Positions 1 through 12,100 of a stretch of DNA of 64,000 nt are shown one piece after another (position 1 is the first letter of the stretch; each line of letters starts with the position of its first letter). Source of the DNA: Amoebophrya sp. A120. Taxonomy: Eukaryota > Protista > Dinoflagellata. The notes below the pieces were generated by a model that saw nothing but the letters and a program-made list of their open reading frames with translations, was not told the origin of the DNA and made no database searches. Location of the stretch: contig CAJINV010000006.1 of assembly GCA_905178155.1 (NCBI GenBank), positions 688,398-752,397 of the forward strand, read 5' to 3'. The position numbers were made by a program, and so were the translations under genes.

Positions 1-165
1 GGCTCCATTTGTATAGCATGAACAGCAAGACAAACACCAGCACACGGGGATGCTGTGCATGACAAGTTCATGCGATCAGTGTAGTACTGTTTGAGCTTCC
101 AAATGTTGTAATGCGAGCAGCACCATCAGGCAGAAACTGAATTTGCGACTTTGCATGACAAACTA
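1..165. mobile_element. Partial, decayed family F-like element at window edge
   Basis: catttgtatagcatgaacagcaa...gcatgacaa...ttccaaa.gttgtaatgc...actttgcatgacaaa aligns by eye with the interior of 49866-50082; terminal TIR not recognisable. Confidence 0.55.
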
Positions 166-1165
166 TGATGATCGGAGTCTAAAAATGAGAATTGGTCGAA
201 TCTGACTAGCGGATCTTTGTGTCCGCTGCTGTGCAGACTTACCTTTAAGCTCCCCCATCTGATTTGTTATTTCAACGGTTTGATGATGTCGCAAGATCTT
301 ACCTCCACAATGGCATATTATGCTTATTCATGCCCAGCACCATATCATGCAGGAACGATGAAAACACATTCACCGCAGAGGACGCTATGAATTTTCACTT
401 TACGACCCAGCAAGACCTGCCATTGACGAGATACCACAAAATGCGAAACCAATTTACTAATGTGCCTCAAGGAAAAATTTCCGGTCCGCAGCGAGCCGAT
501 TGCCGCTTGTTTTCCTAAGTGATTTCCGATGTTCCCCAGTGTCTCTTCATCTTGCATTGCACTTTCTTGAGTTTTATAGATGCGTCAACAGCTATTATGG
601 GTCGTATAGTCGCGTGAAAGGCGTGTTTCAAAGTGCCTCCGTTTAGGGCAGCAAAGATCAAAAGTATTTTGAGCTCTAGTCGTTGAAAAAAGTTTGGCTC
701 TGCACATTTCTAAATTTTCGTGGTGAAAACATAGTCTACTCGTGATTAAGGTCGCTCAGACCGTTTCGTAAATGGGTCGTCTGATTCGTTTCTCTCGGAA
801 GGTGCTTTTCGCTTGCACAGGACGCAATCGGTCTTTCCGTTATACAGCTTCACGTTGATGTCGTTGCGGGGTCGTGATAGAAATTATGTGTAGAAGAACG
901 AGACCCACCTAGCTTCCACTTCCGCCAGAAGGCAAGCGTGCTCTATCTACCGCAACTCTCATATGCTACTTTTCAAAACCTCCAGCTCGTCTTTTTTTTT
1001 CAACGAAATCAAAATTCGAGATAACGCGCACTACTGTTGTACCGAACTGTACGAAATTGATTGTGGAAACAACATCGTATCAGCACTACTTACTTACTTC
1101 TTATCTTTGGCCGTCAACTGTATAGTACAATCTCTTGCTGTCCTGTCCCAGCTACATAAAATAAA

Positions 1166-3154
1166 ATGGCGCACTATTCTTTCTTCCTCGTCTATCTCCT
1201 GCTGTTGCTTCAGGCACTGCATGCCCGAATTTTGCGTGGCGTGTTGAAGAAGCGAGCGCACACGGTACAGCAGCGGAAAGTGGTAGAGAAGCGACAACGA
1301 CGACGCGCAGCACGGGGTACAACTACTTCGGACGAAGACAATGGCGCTGTAACAACCTCTAGTAGTGCGGAAGATGATGATACTGGAGTTGAGAAAGAGG
1401 CAATTGGTGGTGCAAGATCGGAGAGAAGTAGGGCCACTTCCTCTAACACCCGCAAGTCCTCGTCCTTCCTCGGTAAACTCTTGTCCCGGAAGCAGAAGAC
1501 GCAAACACTAAAACTGCAGACGAAAAATTACAATGTGAACGAAGATACTTCATTGCCCTACGACGACGGGAAGAAACAAAAATCACGCAGCGCCGCAGCT
1601 ACCGGGCCTACAAGAGCCGCATCGTTTCTTGAGGAGAGAGAGGAGCAGCAGCATGAGCACAGGGCTGCTGCCTTGCACGAGCAGAAAGATGAGATTCGCG
1701 AGGATTTCGATACTCGGCGGTCGGTAGAAGGTCATCTGCAGTTTGGAGCGCGTGAAGATCTTCTGGACGTGGACACAGATAGCTTTCTGAACACGCAAGA
1801 AGAGACCACAGACGTTGGGGCGACGACGAGGATGCCCATTGCAGCCTCTACCCTAGCGGCCGACAGGAAGCTCCGGGAGAAGAAAACCAGTGTCGAGTTT
1901 CGTGCAGCGGACAGCGAGACTGATGATGATGACGATGATGATGTAGTTCAGCAGGAGCGCGGTGTGCCGGCGTCAGGAGCATCACCTTCTCTTCGCACAG
2001 CAACGGCATCTTCAAGAAAGAATCTCAGCGAGGACACGACAAGTCTGTTGGAACAAAACAAAGCCACCACGACCGCGTCGAAAATAGCAGAGACCAAAGC
2101 ACAACTAACCGTGACCCCGATCTATCTGAGCGAGCAAGAATCAATTGGAAAATCGATGCCCGGCCGCTGCCGGGCGAACACCGTGCAGTGGAGCACGTCT
2201 GCGGGGAGCACGATCGCGTGCTCCACGATTTGCGGCACTCGCCACGATGCTTACAGGTGCTTTTACCAGCCCCAGGGGAGGGAGTGTGAGTGCATCGACA
2301 AAGACGGTACTCACGCTCCGCTCTACGCGCGGCCATTAACCTACATTAACGCGCAGGAAGCGGCTCGGAAGACCGTGAAATGCACCGCGAAGAGCAAGCC
2401 CTCCAGCGTCGCGGTCACCTACGAAGACGTCGGAGCGGGCATGTGCGGCACGGAGAAGGGCCCGATCTTTGACTCCAGCTGGCGCGCGAAGCGGTTATGG
2501 CAGTGGGACGACCGGGAAGTACTACTACAGGGTCTGGCAACTCATGGGATAATGCAGTGGGACGGTTCTTCTCCTAGTCAACTGCCCGATGAGCACGTCG
2601 CGGCGGCGCGAAGCATGTGCGAACAAGCGTGCACGAACAGTGAGTGGCCGGAAACCTGGGCCGGGGCGGCGGCTTGGGGAAATTTAAACGGCCAGTTGTG
2701 GGCCGCGTGGCGCGAAAGCCACGTGATCGGGGAACCGTGCACGGGGTATAATTTCAAGAAATGGGGCACCTGTTTGATTTTCGTGAGAACGATCCCGACC
2801 AAGGGCATGGGGACGGAGCAGCCCGGTCCGGGTTGGGACGATAATGAAATCTGGTCTAGCCTGAGCTCGACCTCCGCGAAACAAGACCTGTTAGCCGACG
2901 TGCACTCCTGGGCCGCGCAGCCGAATATCTGGCCGCCAAGCCCCTGCATGCGGAAGCACACCACGGTGACGCCCGGCGACGAAACGGCGGGCGGTAGCAT
3001 CAACGTGAACGGCGTCTCGATCTGGTGTTCGCTCATCTGTGCCGGCCCGCTCCGCAGTAACGCGTGGCAGTGCTTCTTCGAGACGAGGGGCCGCGCGTGC
3101 ACGTGCCGCGACGGGAACGGAGCTTTCGCGCCCGAGTACGCAAAGCCCGTCGTC
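1166..3154 (+). CDS. Exon 1 of giant gene: signal peptide, low-complexity pro-region, two related Cys modules flanking a PAN-like module
   Basis: ORF 1166..3298 reads into the first introner at 3155. It contains CSTICG..RCFY..RECEC.D.DG..AP.YARP and CSLICAG..QCFF..RACTC.DG.G..AP.YAKP. Confidence 0.85.
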
Positions 3155-6100
3155 TATGAATGTGTCAGGATCGAAATCGACAAAATCGAAATGATTTGTC
3201 ATGCAAAAAACGGATTCCAGTTCGAAGTCGAACCCAGTTTCTTATTGGCGCATGACAAATTCTGGTGGTGCCTAAATCCAGTTTGTGACGCTGTTTAGCC
3301 AAAAAAGACTGATTCTCTCATGCTGCTTCAGCAGCTCGACCTATATAACCCCAAGCAGGCTTTTTACAATCGGCCTCACTTGCCTGCTCTGCAACACACG
3401 TATTTCGCGTCATGCATTTTATGCATCACAAGTTTTTCGATTTTGCCAATTTCGATTCTGACACTTCCATATCGTCCAGCCGCCACCTCCACCACTAAGC
3501 ACGCCGGCCCTGCTATCCTGAGTAAAAACGTCCCCACACCAGAGTTGTCATGCAGATTTGCCATGACAGGAACATTTGTGATGCGCAACCCCATGACAGG
3601 CATTTCCAATCGTGTTTGGGAACTTGTAATGCTGTAAACAGGATCAGCAGATCGATTTGTGATGCGGCTTTCCTTGCTAACTTGCACTACCTCACGGACT
3701 GAAACTTGTCATGCGTGACTCACAAAACTCCTAGGTTTGTGTTGCAAAATCCCCATCCTGACTCAGGTGTGGGTACGTTTTTACTCAGGATACCTGCCCC
3801 CGTCGAGCGGGATTTCCTGTGTGGGCGTCCCGGTTGAGTCAGATCTTCCCCTATCCAGGTGCAGCGCGGAACCCTTCGGGGCCGCGCCGACCTACGCCTT
3901 CCGAGGTCCGGCCCAGAAACCAGATTTCGCCGGGTTGTTCGCCCTGCTCGGGCGGGGAAGTAGCAGGTACAACCACCCCTGGGTACGGTTCACGCATTTC
4001 CGCCTAGAGGCAGCGGGCGGGCACGCGATCGCGAGGGCGGACTGGGATAACTTTTGGCGGGACAATATCCTGAGCAAAAATCTCTCCACCCCATAGTCCT
4101 CAACTGGGGAATTCTGCTAGACAAATCTACGAACTTAGGGTGTTGCGCATGACAACTTTGGCCTCGTAGTGAAATGCTGTTTAGCTCGCTCCGAAGCATC
4201 ACAAATCTAGCCCACTATGCTGATTGGAGCATTACAAATTCCAAAACACGACTAGGAATTGCTTCTCAGCATGGGTCTCCGCATGAGAAACATTTTGAGC
4301 CTGCGTTTTTGCATTACAAGCATGGGGTGGGGACGTGTTTACACAGGATAGACAAAACCGCGCGGCTCCACGACGCCAGCACGTTCGACGCAGCGGTCGC
4401 AAAGTCTTGCGGGGAAGTTTCCGAAACGCTTTGCGAGGCCGCTGACGTGCTGTTTCAGCTGCTGCAGGCGCGGCCCCGGACCAACCCGGATAGGGCGCGG
4501 GCGGTAAACCCTCACTGGGCAAGCTGGCTCACCACCGGCGACATCGATTATCTATCCGGCCCCAACCGGGACTGCAACCAGGAGGTCCTGACCAACTTTG
4601 AATGGGCGACGGTGGCCAAATATCCTGTGCAAAAGTATCCGATACTAGTATAAATTGCAACACCAATAATTCACTTGGCATTACAGATTAGATTTGCAAT
4701 GTTGCGGATCTGCCTTAATGTAAAGAGATTTGTAATGCATAAACGCAATCAGTATCAGAGTACGATACTTTTGCAATGCATACCAAAGACCAGGCGTGGG
4801 ACAACTCAGTGGCGCTGCACCACGTGAAGAAGGTCGATTGTGAGCCACGCTTTGTGAACAACTGGTGCAGGGTGGCGGAAAGTTTGCTGGGAACCGACGT
4901 TCTAGTCCTCCCCGAGGTAGAGAAGATGTGGGCGGAGTACGAGACTTTCCGGGAGGGAAACGGCTGCATCCGGGCGCTAGCTCGCGCCGAAACGGAGGGC
5001 GGTCCGGTCCCGCTACGAACGGAGACAACGAGCAGCACCCCGGTGCCGGCGGTGCCGGTTCCGAACCCCATGAACTGGGAGGACCGCATTCAGCCGACCG
5101 TGTTTAACAACTTACTCGACCCCGCGCAGCCGGACAGTCTCTTGTTGGAGGAACAGTTTACCCGGACGGAAAAAACTATGAAAGTGTCAGGATCGAAATC
5201 AACAAAATCGAAATAATCTGTGATGCATAAAACCGATACCAGTTGGAGCCTCAGTTTCCAAGTGGCGCATGACAAATTTCGGGAGCCCGGAAGTCGCGTC
5301 TGTCATGCTGTTTGGGCAAAGAAGGCTGCTCCTGTCATGCTACTCTGGCATCACATCTCCTTCCCCTGAACAGGCTGGCAAGCGGTCTCATTTGCTTGCT
5401 TCCCAACACAGGCCCTACGCGCCCTGCATTTTATGCATTACAAGTTTTTCGATTTTGTCGATTTCGATCCTGACAATCCCATAAAAACCTTGAAGAATAT
5501 CCGCGACGTTGTGCAGTCGGAAGTCGTACCGCAGTGCGAGGTATCAAATGCAAATATCCCTGGATGTCTGGAAGAACGCAACTTGTGATGCTGCGTTTGG
5601 ATTCCAAAAAAAATCTGTATTGCGTGAGCAGTAAAGGGAATGCAATTTTTGCAACGCGGAGTAGAGGGAATTTGTCATGCGGATTAGGCATTAAGAAGGC
5701 CTCAAAAAATCTGTGATGCTAGGAAATGCATCACAGACATCATGGCTCATGCAAAACGTGCATGACAAGGCTCAGAATCTTCCAGACCCAGACTTATTCG
5801 CAATGCATACGAGGCCTTGAAGGATAACACGCAGTTTGCCGTGACCAACTCCCTATCCTGTGCAAAAGTATCGTACTCGTATTGCCGTCATGCATTACAA
5901 ATCTTTTTCTTGAGGTAGTTCAGCATAACAAATTTTATTTCTCATGCTGAGGAAATTTGTAATGCATTTATAGTACGAGTGCGATACTTTTGCAATGCAT
6001 ACTTCCTCGCGCTAGGGCTCGCGGTGACGCCGAAATGCGACGGGTGCGAACCGCGACTGAACGAGTGTTGGGGGCAGTGCGGGCTGGAGGGCAAGCCAGG

Positions 6101-9100
6101 TAACGCGAACCGAGGCGGGTGGTGTAGTATTTGCGATCCGGTGCACAACCCCTACAACCTGAGAGGCGCCTGTTGCAAGTTTGAATTTACGGAGAATATC
6201 AACTGTAAAAATGTCTGGGTCTGGAAGATTGGAACTTGTGATGCTAACTTCGGACTGTAAAAAAATCTGTATTGCATGACCAGCAAGAGGAGTCTAGTTT
6301 GTGCTACGCGGGGAGGGCGTTTGTCATGCGCAGTAGGCATCGGGCAGCCCTCTCAAAATCTGTGATGCGCGGTCGTGCATTACAGACATCCTGGGTCATG
6401 CAAAACATGCATGACAAATCTCAGAATCTTCCAGACCCAGACATTTTTACATTTCATAGAGAACGGCGGCAAGCAAGGCGACGAATGCGGGCGGGTATCG
6501 CAAGAAAAAAGTGTTACAGTTACACACATAGTCTATGCAGGCCAAGCAAGACAGACCAGCTCTGTAATGCCGGATACGCATAGAAGCCTCGTTCTTTCAT
6601 AGGTGTTTTCCCGTAGGATTTCTGCATTACAAGTTTTCTCTCTCATGCTGAGAAATTTGTGTTGCTGAATTGACTACAAATGTGTAACTGGAACACTTTT
6701 TTCCTGGGATAGCGGGTTGAGGTCGAGCAGTACGTGTCGCGGCACAAACCCTACGAGGAGCGGTATCCTGAGTAAAAACGTCCCCACCCCAGATTTGTGA
6801 TGCAGTTTTGCAATGACAGGAATCGATTTGTGATGCGCATCCCCATGGTAGGCATTTTCAATCGTGGTTTGGAATTTGTAATGCTGTAAACAGGATCAGT
6901 AGATGGATTTGTAATGCGGCTGTTCCAGCATTGCTAAGTAACCTTTGCATTACACTACGGACTGCAACTACCAAATTGTCATGCGTGACTGCCAAAGTTT
7001 CTGGATTTGTGTTGCGAGCGCCCCAGCTTGCCTCTGGGGCGTGGGCCCCGTTTTTACACAGGAGAACCGGTGGCACGAGTGCGTGATTCCGGATCTGAGC
7101 CTCCGAAAATTCCACGAACAAATCTTCCCCCTGCGCCCGGTGCGGGGTATTCTCGGGATCCCGAAGTGCCGGATGTGCGGGGAGCGGGTGCGCGAGTGCT
7201 GGGACGCCTGCAACCGCATCAGCGGCTACTGCGACGCATGCAATTCCGTGGACTACCTCACCGGCTTCAAGTTGCGGGGCGCGTGCTGCCGACTGGACGA
7301 CGCCAGCGATGCAGCCGAGTGCAAAAACGAGGTCGACACGGAACAATATTTCACGGGGGCGTCGTATGGAGCCGTCAGGTTTGAAATCGTCAAAGTTGAA
7401 ATACTTTGTCATGCAGAAAATGGATGCCAGTTGGACCCCAGTTTCCAAGTGGCGCATGACAAATTTTGGCTGTGCCTAAATCCCGTTTGTAATGCTGTTT
7501 AGGTACAGAAGACTGATTCTCTCATGCTACTTCTGCAGTTCGAGCTCTAACCCCAAACAGGCTTACAATCGGCCTCACTTGCCTGCTCTGCAGCACACGT
7601 ATTCCGCGTCATGCATTTTACGCATGACAAATCATTTCAACTTTGACGATTTCGATCCTGACGCTTCCATACGTCGGTTCCGACGGAGGCGCGGCGGCAC
7701 GAGTGCGTGATCCCCAAGTTGCAGGCCCAGTGGCCGTATGCATTGCAAATTCGTCTGGGTCTGGAAGGATGCGAACTTGTAATGCTGGTCTCGCAAAAAT
7801 CCAGTTTAATCTGTATTGCATGTTGATCAACAAGAAAAGTCGCAGTGCCTCTTTGGTCACACAGAAACGCAGTTTCTCATGCGAGCTGCGTATGGGAGAG
7901 CGTTCTGGGAACAAGTTGTCATGCTTCCCTGCATCCGAAAGTGTAGTTTCCATCATCCACACTTCAGCATCACAAGTTTCCAGACCCGGGCGTATTTGCA
8001 ATGCATAGGCCGGAGTGGAAACGAAAACTGATCGACGCGTCGACCGCCAACGCCGCGGGGTCGAACGTGCATATGAGAGTGCACACCCCCCCCTCCCCTC
8101 ATTTGTCATGCAAAAAGCCAATTCCACGTCCTGCGTTGCAGCACTGTCTGCATGACAAATTTTGGAACCTCAGTGAGTACTGCAGATTATTTGTCATGCA
8201 GAAGGCCCATATCTGCCATTGCTTGTGTTGCTGCTCAGGCACTTCAAATGAAAGGACGGGCGGTCGTGCACTGTGATAGTGCACCGAGATCTGCGCCACA
8301 CGCTGCTGCAGCCCGCGTGGCCGCAGAATGTGATCCACGTCGACACCGATTACGTCAGCCAGCAGATTGGGCTATCAAGTGTAAAAATGTCTGGGTCTGG
8401 AACTTTGCTAGACTTGTCATGCAGGTTTTCCATGACCCATATAATCTGTAATGGAGGACCTAGCATGACAGATTCCGTGAGATCAATATCATGCCTATCC
8501 TGCATGAGAAAGTGCCTCTCAACTTGATCAAAAGTGGCCAGCATTTGCAAATCATGCAACACAGATTTTTGCATGATTCAGATTTAGCATGACAAGTTCC
8601 AACCTTCCAGACGGAGACATTTTTGCAATCCATACGGGCCGCACCGCTACTACGAAAACACGGGTGGGACGGTCGAGACCTGGGACATGTTCATGCTCGA
8701 CGAGAATCACTGGAAGCTTACGAACATGAAAAACCGGGTTTTCGCCGACTGCATGAAAGAGAAGGTTGCGGACCTGCTTCTGGCGAACGCGAACAGCAAC
8801 GTGCATGGGTGGAGCGGCATGGTACAGATGCACCCCGCTGTGAACGGGGACGTGCCGGGAATTAAAACCGAACCAGTCGAACCGTTCACGGAGGATAGGT
8901 TATTCTACTCCGGACCGGCGAGGCTGACCATCCCAGCCACCTACTACCCGACCAACCCGCGGTGCAAAGTGTGGCGGCGGCAAGAGGGGATTCGCTTTGA
9001 CCTGGGCGAGATTTGCGTCGTTGACACGACCGAGACATCTCCATCTAGCTCTGGGATCGCCCACGCGGTTCCCGCTGAAAATTTTGACGCCGCGCTGAAA

Positions 9101-12100
9101 ATTTTGGACCCGCCGCGCAACCGCGATGATGATGCACCGCTGCATCGCAGGTGCAAAGAGGCGCTGGTATACATGAATGATTGGCTGGTGCGAACGGAAG
9201 TGCCTTCGGCCCAGGAACTCCGCGGGAACGGGAACGACCGGCTGCCGGCGTTCAGCAAGCGGCAACTGGCGCAGGACACCTCGGTGGACGCGATTTTTCC
9301 GGGGGAGTACCTGGATTTGGCTGCATTGGGTAGTAGTGCCAGCCGTGCGGAGTGGCTCGAGACGGTAAACAACGACCGGATGGCGGTCGATGTGCCGGAG
9401 GAGGAGTGGAAATGCTTATCCATTGCAAAGGTAGCGTACTAGTTGTCGGAAACGCATTACAAATTTGCAGCTCAGCATGAGAAATCAAATTTGTAATGCG
9501 AATTTAGCTCAAGAAATTGATTTGTAATGCAAAAATGCAATTACTACGAGCACGATGCTTTTGCAGTGCATAATGCAAACTGATTTGCGACTCCATGGAC
9601 GACTGTGTGGGCTACTGGCTGTACCGGCGAGCCGATTCGGACGGAAAATGCCACCTCTTCGGCAACCGCGTCCGCTCGTTAATTCCTTTCCACAACGCCT
9701 GGACGTCTGTTTGCGTATAACCCGCTCAGGTGTTACAATCTCAGGCGTTACACTAGAGTCTGAGATTTGTCTTCCATGATGAGCATGACAGGCTCGCAGA
9801 GCGTTCCACTTTCTGCAATACAAATTTCGCCAGATTGTACTGGGGTTTGGGGCTCCGGAAGAACTTGTCATGCGCAATCCTATGAGATTTGGCTGGAGCA
9901 TGCACTTCTTGCATCACACATTTCCAGACTATATTGTAGCGTTTGAGATTGTAACACTTGAACGGGCTATATTGCGAAGACCGATTTTTCGCTTTGCCGG
10001 ATGGGTTGAAGATCATGAAAGACCCCCGGTTATGCATTGCAAATCCGTCTGGGTCTGGTTGGACGACCGCAAGATTTGTCAAGCAGGTTTTCCATGACCC
10101 ATGAGGTCTGGAATGCAGCACCTAGCATGACAAATCCTGTGAGATGATCTTCCCTCTCACCTATCATGCCTACCCTGCATGAGAAAATCCCTCTCAACTT
10201 GGTAAAAACGGGGGGCTGTTATGGTAAGCATGCAAAAGAGATTTTTTGCACGATTCAGATTTAGCATGACAAACTTGCACTCCTCCAGACCCCGACATTT
10301 ATTTGCGTTTGATACCGGTACAGCAACTCCTCGGGCCCGTACTACCTCCACGCGCTGCCGTATGGATCGAAATTGAGAAAATCGAAAAATTTGTGATGCA
10401 TAAAATGTAGGACACTGAAGGCCTGTATTGGGGAGCAGGCAAATGAGACCGATTGTAAGCCTGTTTAGTGGTATGCGATGTGCTGCCAGAGTAGCATGAC
10501 AGGAGCAGTCTTCTATGCCCAAACAGCATGACAGGCTGGATTTGGGTGCTCCCGAAATTTGTCATGCGCCGCTTGCAAACCGAGGCTCCAACTGGTATCG
10601 ATGTTATGCATCACAGGTTTTTCGATTTTGTCAATTGCGATCCTGACACTCCCATATGCCGCACCTCACGAAGAAGCCGCGCACCGCGGCAGAGGTGGCC
10701 GCCGCGGCCGAGGCGCGGGCGGTGGCCAGTCCGTACGACCCCAACAGCAACGATGCGGGGGCGGAAAAGCAGCCCTACCCCACCACGCCGTCGGTGGTCG
10801 GGTATGCGACCTTTGCACTGGAGGATACGGGAGACTTCATTCAGTGGCCCGCGCTGGAATACAGCATATCTATTGCAAAAGCATCGTAAGCTAGTAGTGA
10901 TTGCAATACAAATTTAGCTCAGCATGACAAACGGAATTTGTCATGCTGATTTAGCTCGGGAAAGAGATTTGTATTGCATGACTGCTATGAAAGCTTTTGG
11001 ACAGGATACAGCAACGCGAACTACCTGAAGCCGCATGAGGACGCGCGGTCGTCGGCCTGGTACGTGCGCTATGGATTGCAAACATGTCGGGGTCTACTTG
11101 AAGGATGCAAGGTTTGTCATGCTCGTCTGGCATGACTGAAGAGTTTGTGATGCGTGTCCAAGAAGAAAGTCTTTTGCTTGTCATGCAAAAACGGAGTTTG
11201 TCATGCGGAAAGCGCAACTACACGTAGGCACGCAAATTATTTCTCATGCTTGTCTGCGCATTACAGACAGCATTCACTACTTATTCACAACTCAGCATCT
11301 TCACAAGTTCCCAGACATTTGCAGTTGATATGCGCACCGCCACGGCAGGGTTGAAAAAGAACATCGTGATCGCGGTGGATTACTCGGTATCAAATGTAAA
11401 AATGTCTGGGTCTGGAAGAATCCAACTTGTCATGCTGATTTTGGATTCTAAAAAAATCTGTATTGCGTGAGCAGCAAAGAGAGTCCAAGTTTTGCTACAC
11501 GGAAAGAGCATTTGTCATGCGGTATAGGCATCAGGAAGCCCCCACAAAATCTGTGATGCTAGGGCATGCATCACAGACATCAGGAGTCATGCAAAATGTG
11601 CATGACAAAGACAAACCTGGCAATCTTCCAGACCCAGACATTTTTACATTTGATACTCGGGTTCGATGCGATCCGACGGCAAGTGGGATGCGGCCAAATA
11701 TCAAACGGAAAAATCCCCCTTCCACACGTCAAAACGAAGTTTCTGATGCTGGATTTCCCTACACAAATCAGAGCTGTCTTGCAGTAGAGGACTGCAGGCA
11801 TATGCCGTGCCTGAGTTGTACAGAGCTTGTGACGTGGACGCTTAGCATCACAAATGTCTGCGCTTTAAAGCCCAAGCAGCATGAGAAACCGTCCGCATAA
11901 TGCGGCGGAGACTGTAGAGTCGGCTTCTTGCAAGACAAAAAGATTTGTGGTCACAAATCAGCATTAGAACTTGTGCCTTTTTGACATGGGGAAGAGGGAT
12001 TTTTCATTTTGATACCAAAGAGGCTGTCTACATCGTGCTGGACTCGTTAACCGAGGGGGACCGGTTTAACCTCTTTCTCTGGAACGGGTACGTGCAATTG

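Noticed and set aside
230-557. Possible minus-strand gene start with canonical donors (cttac at ~238 and ~298)
   Set aside because: I could not assemble a consistent reading frame or recognise a product.
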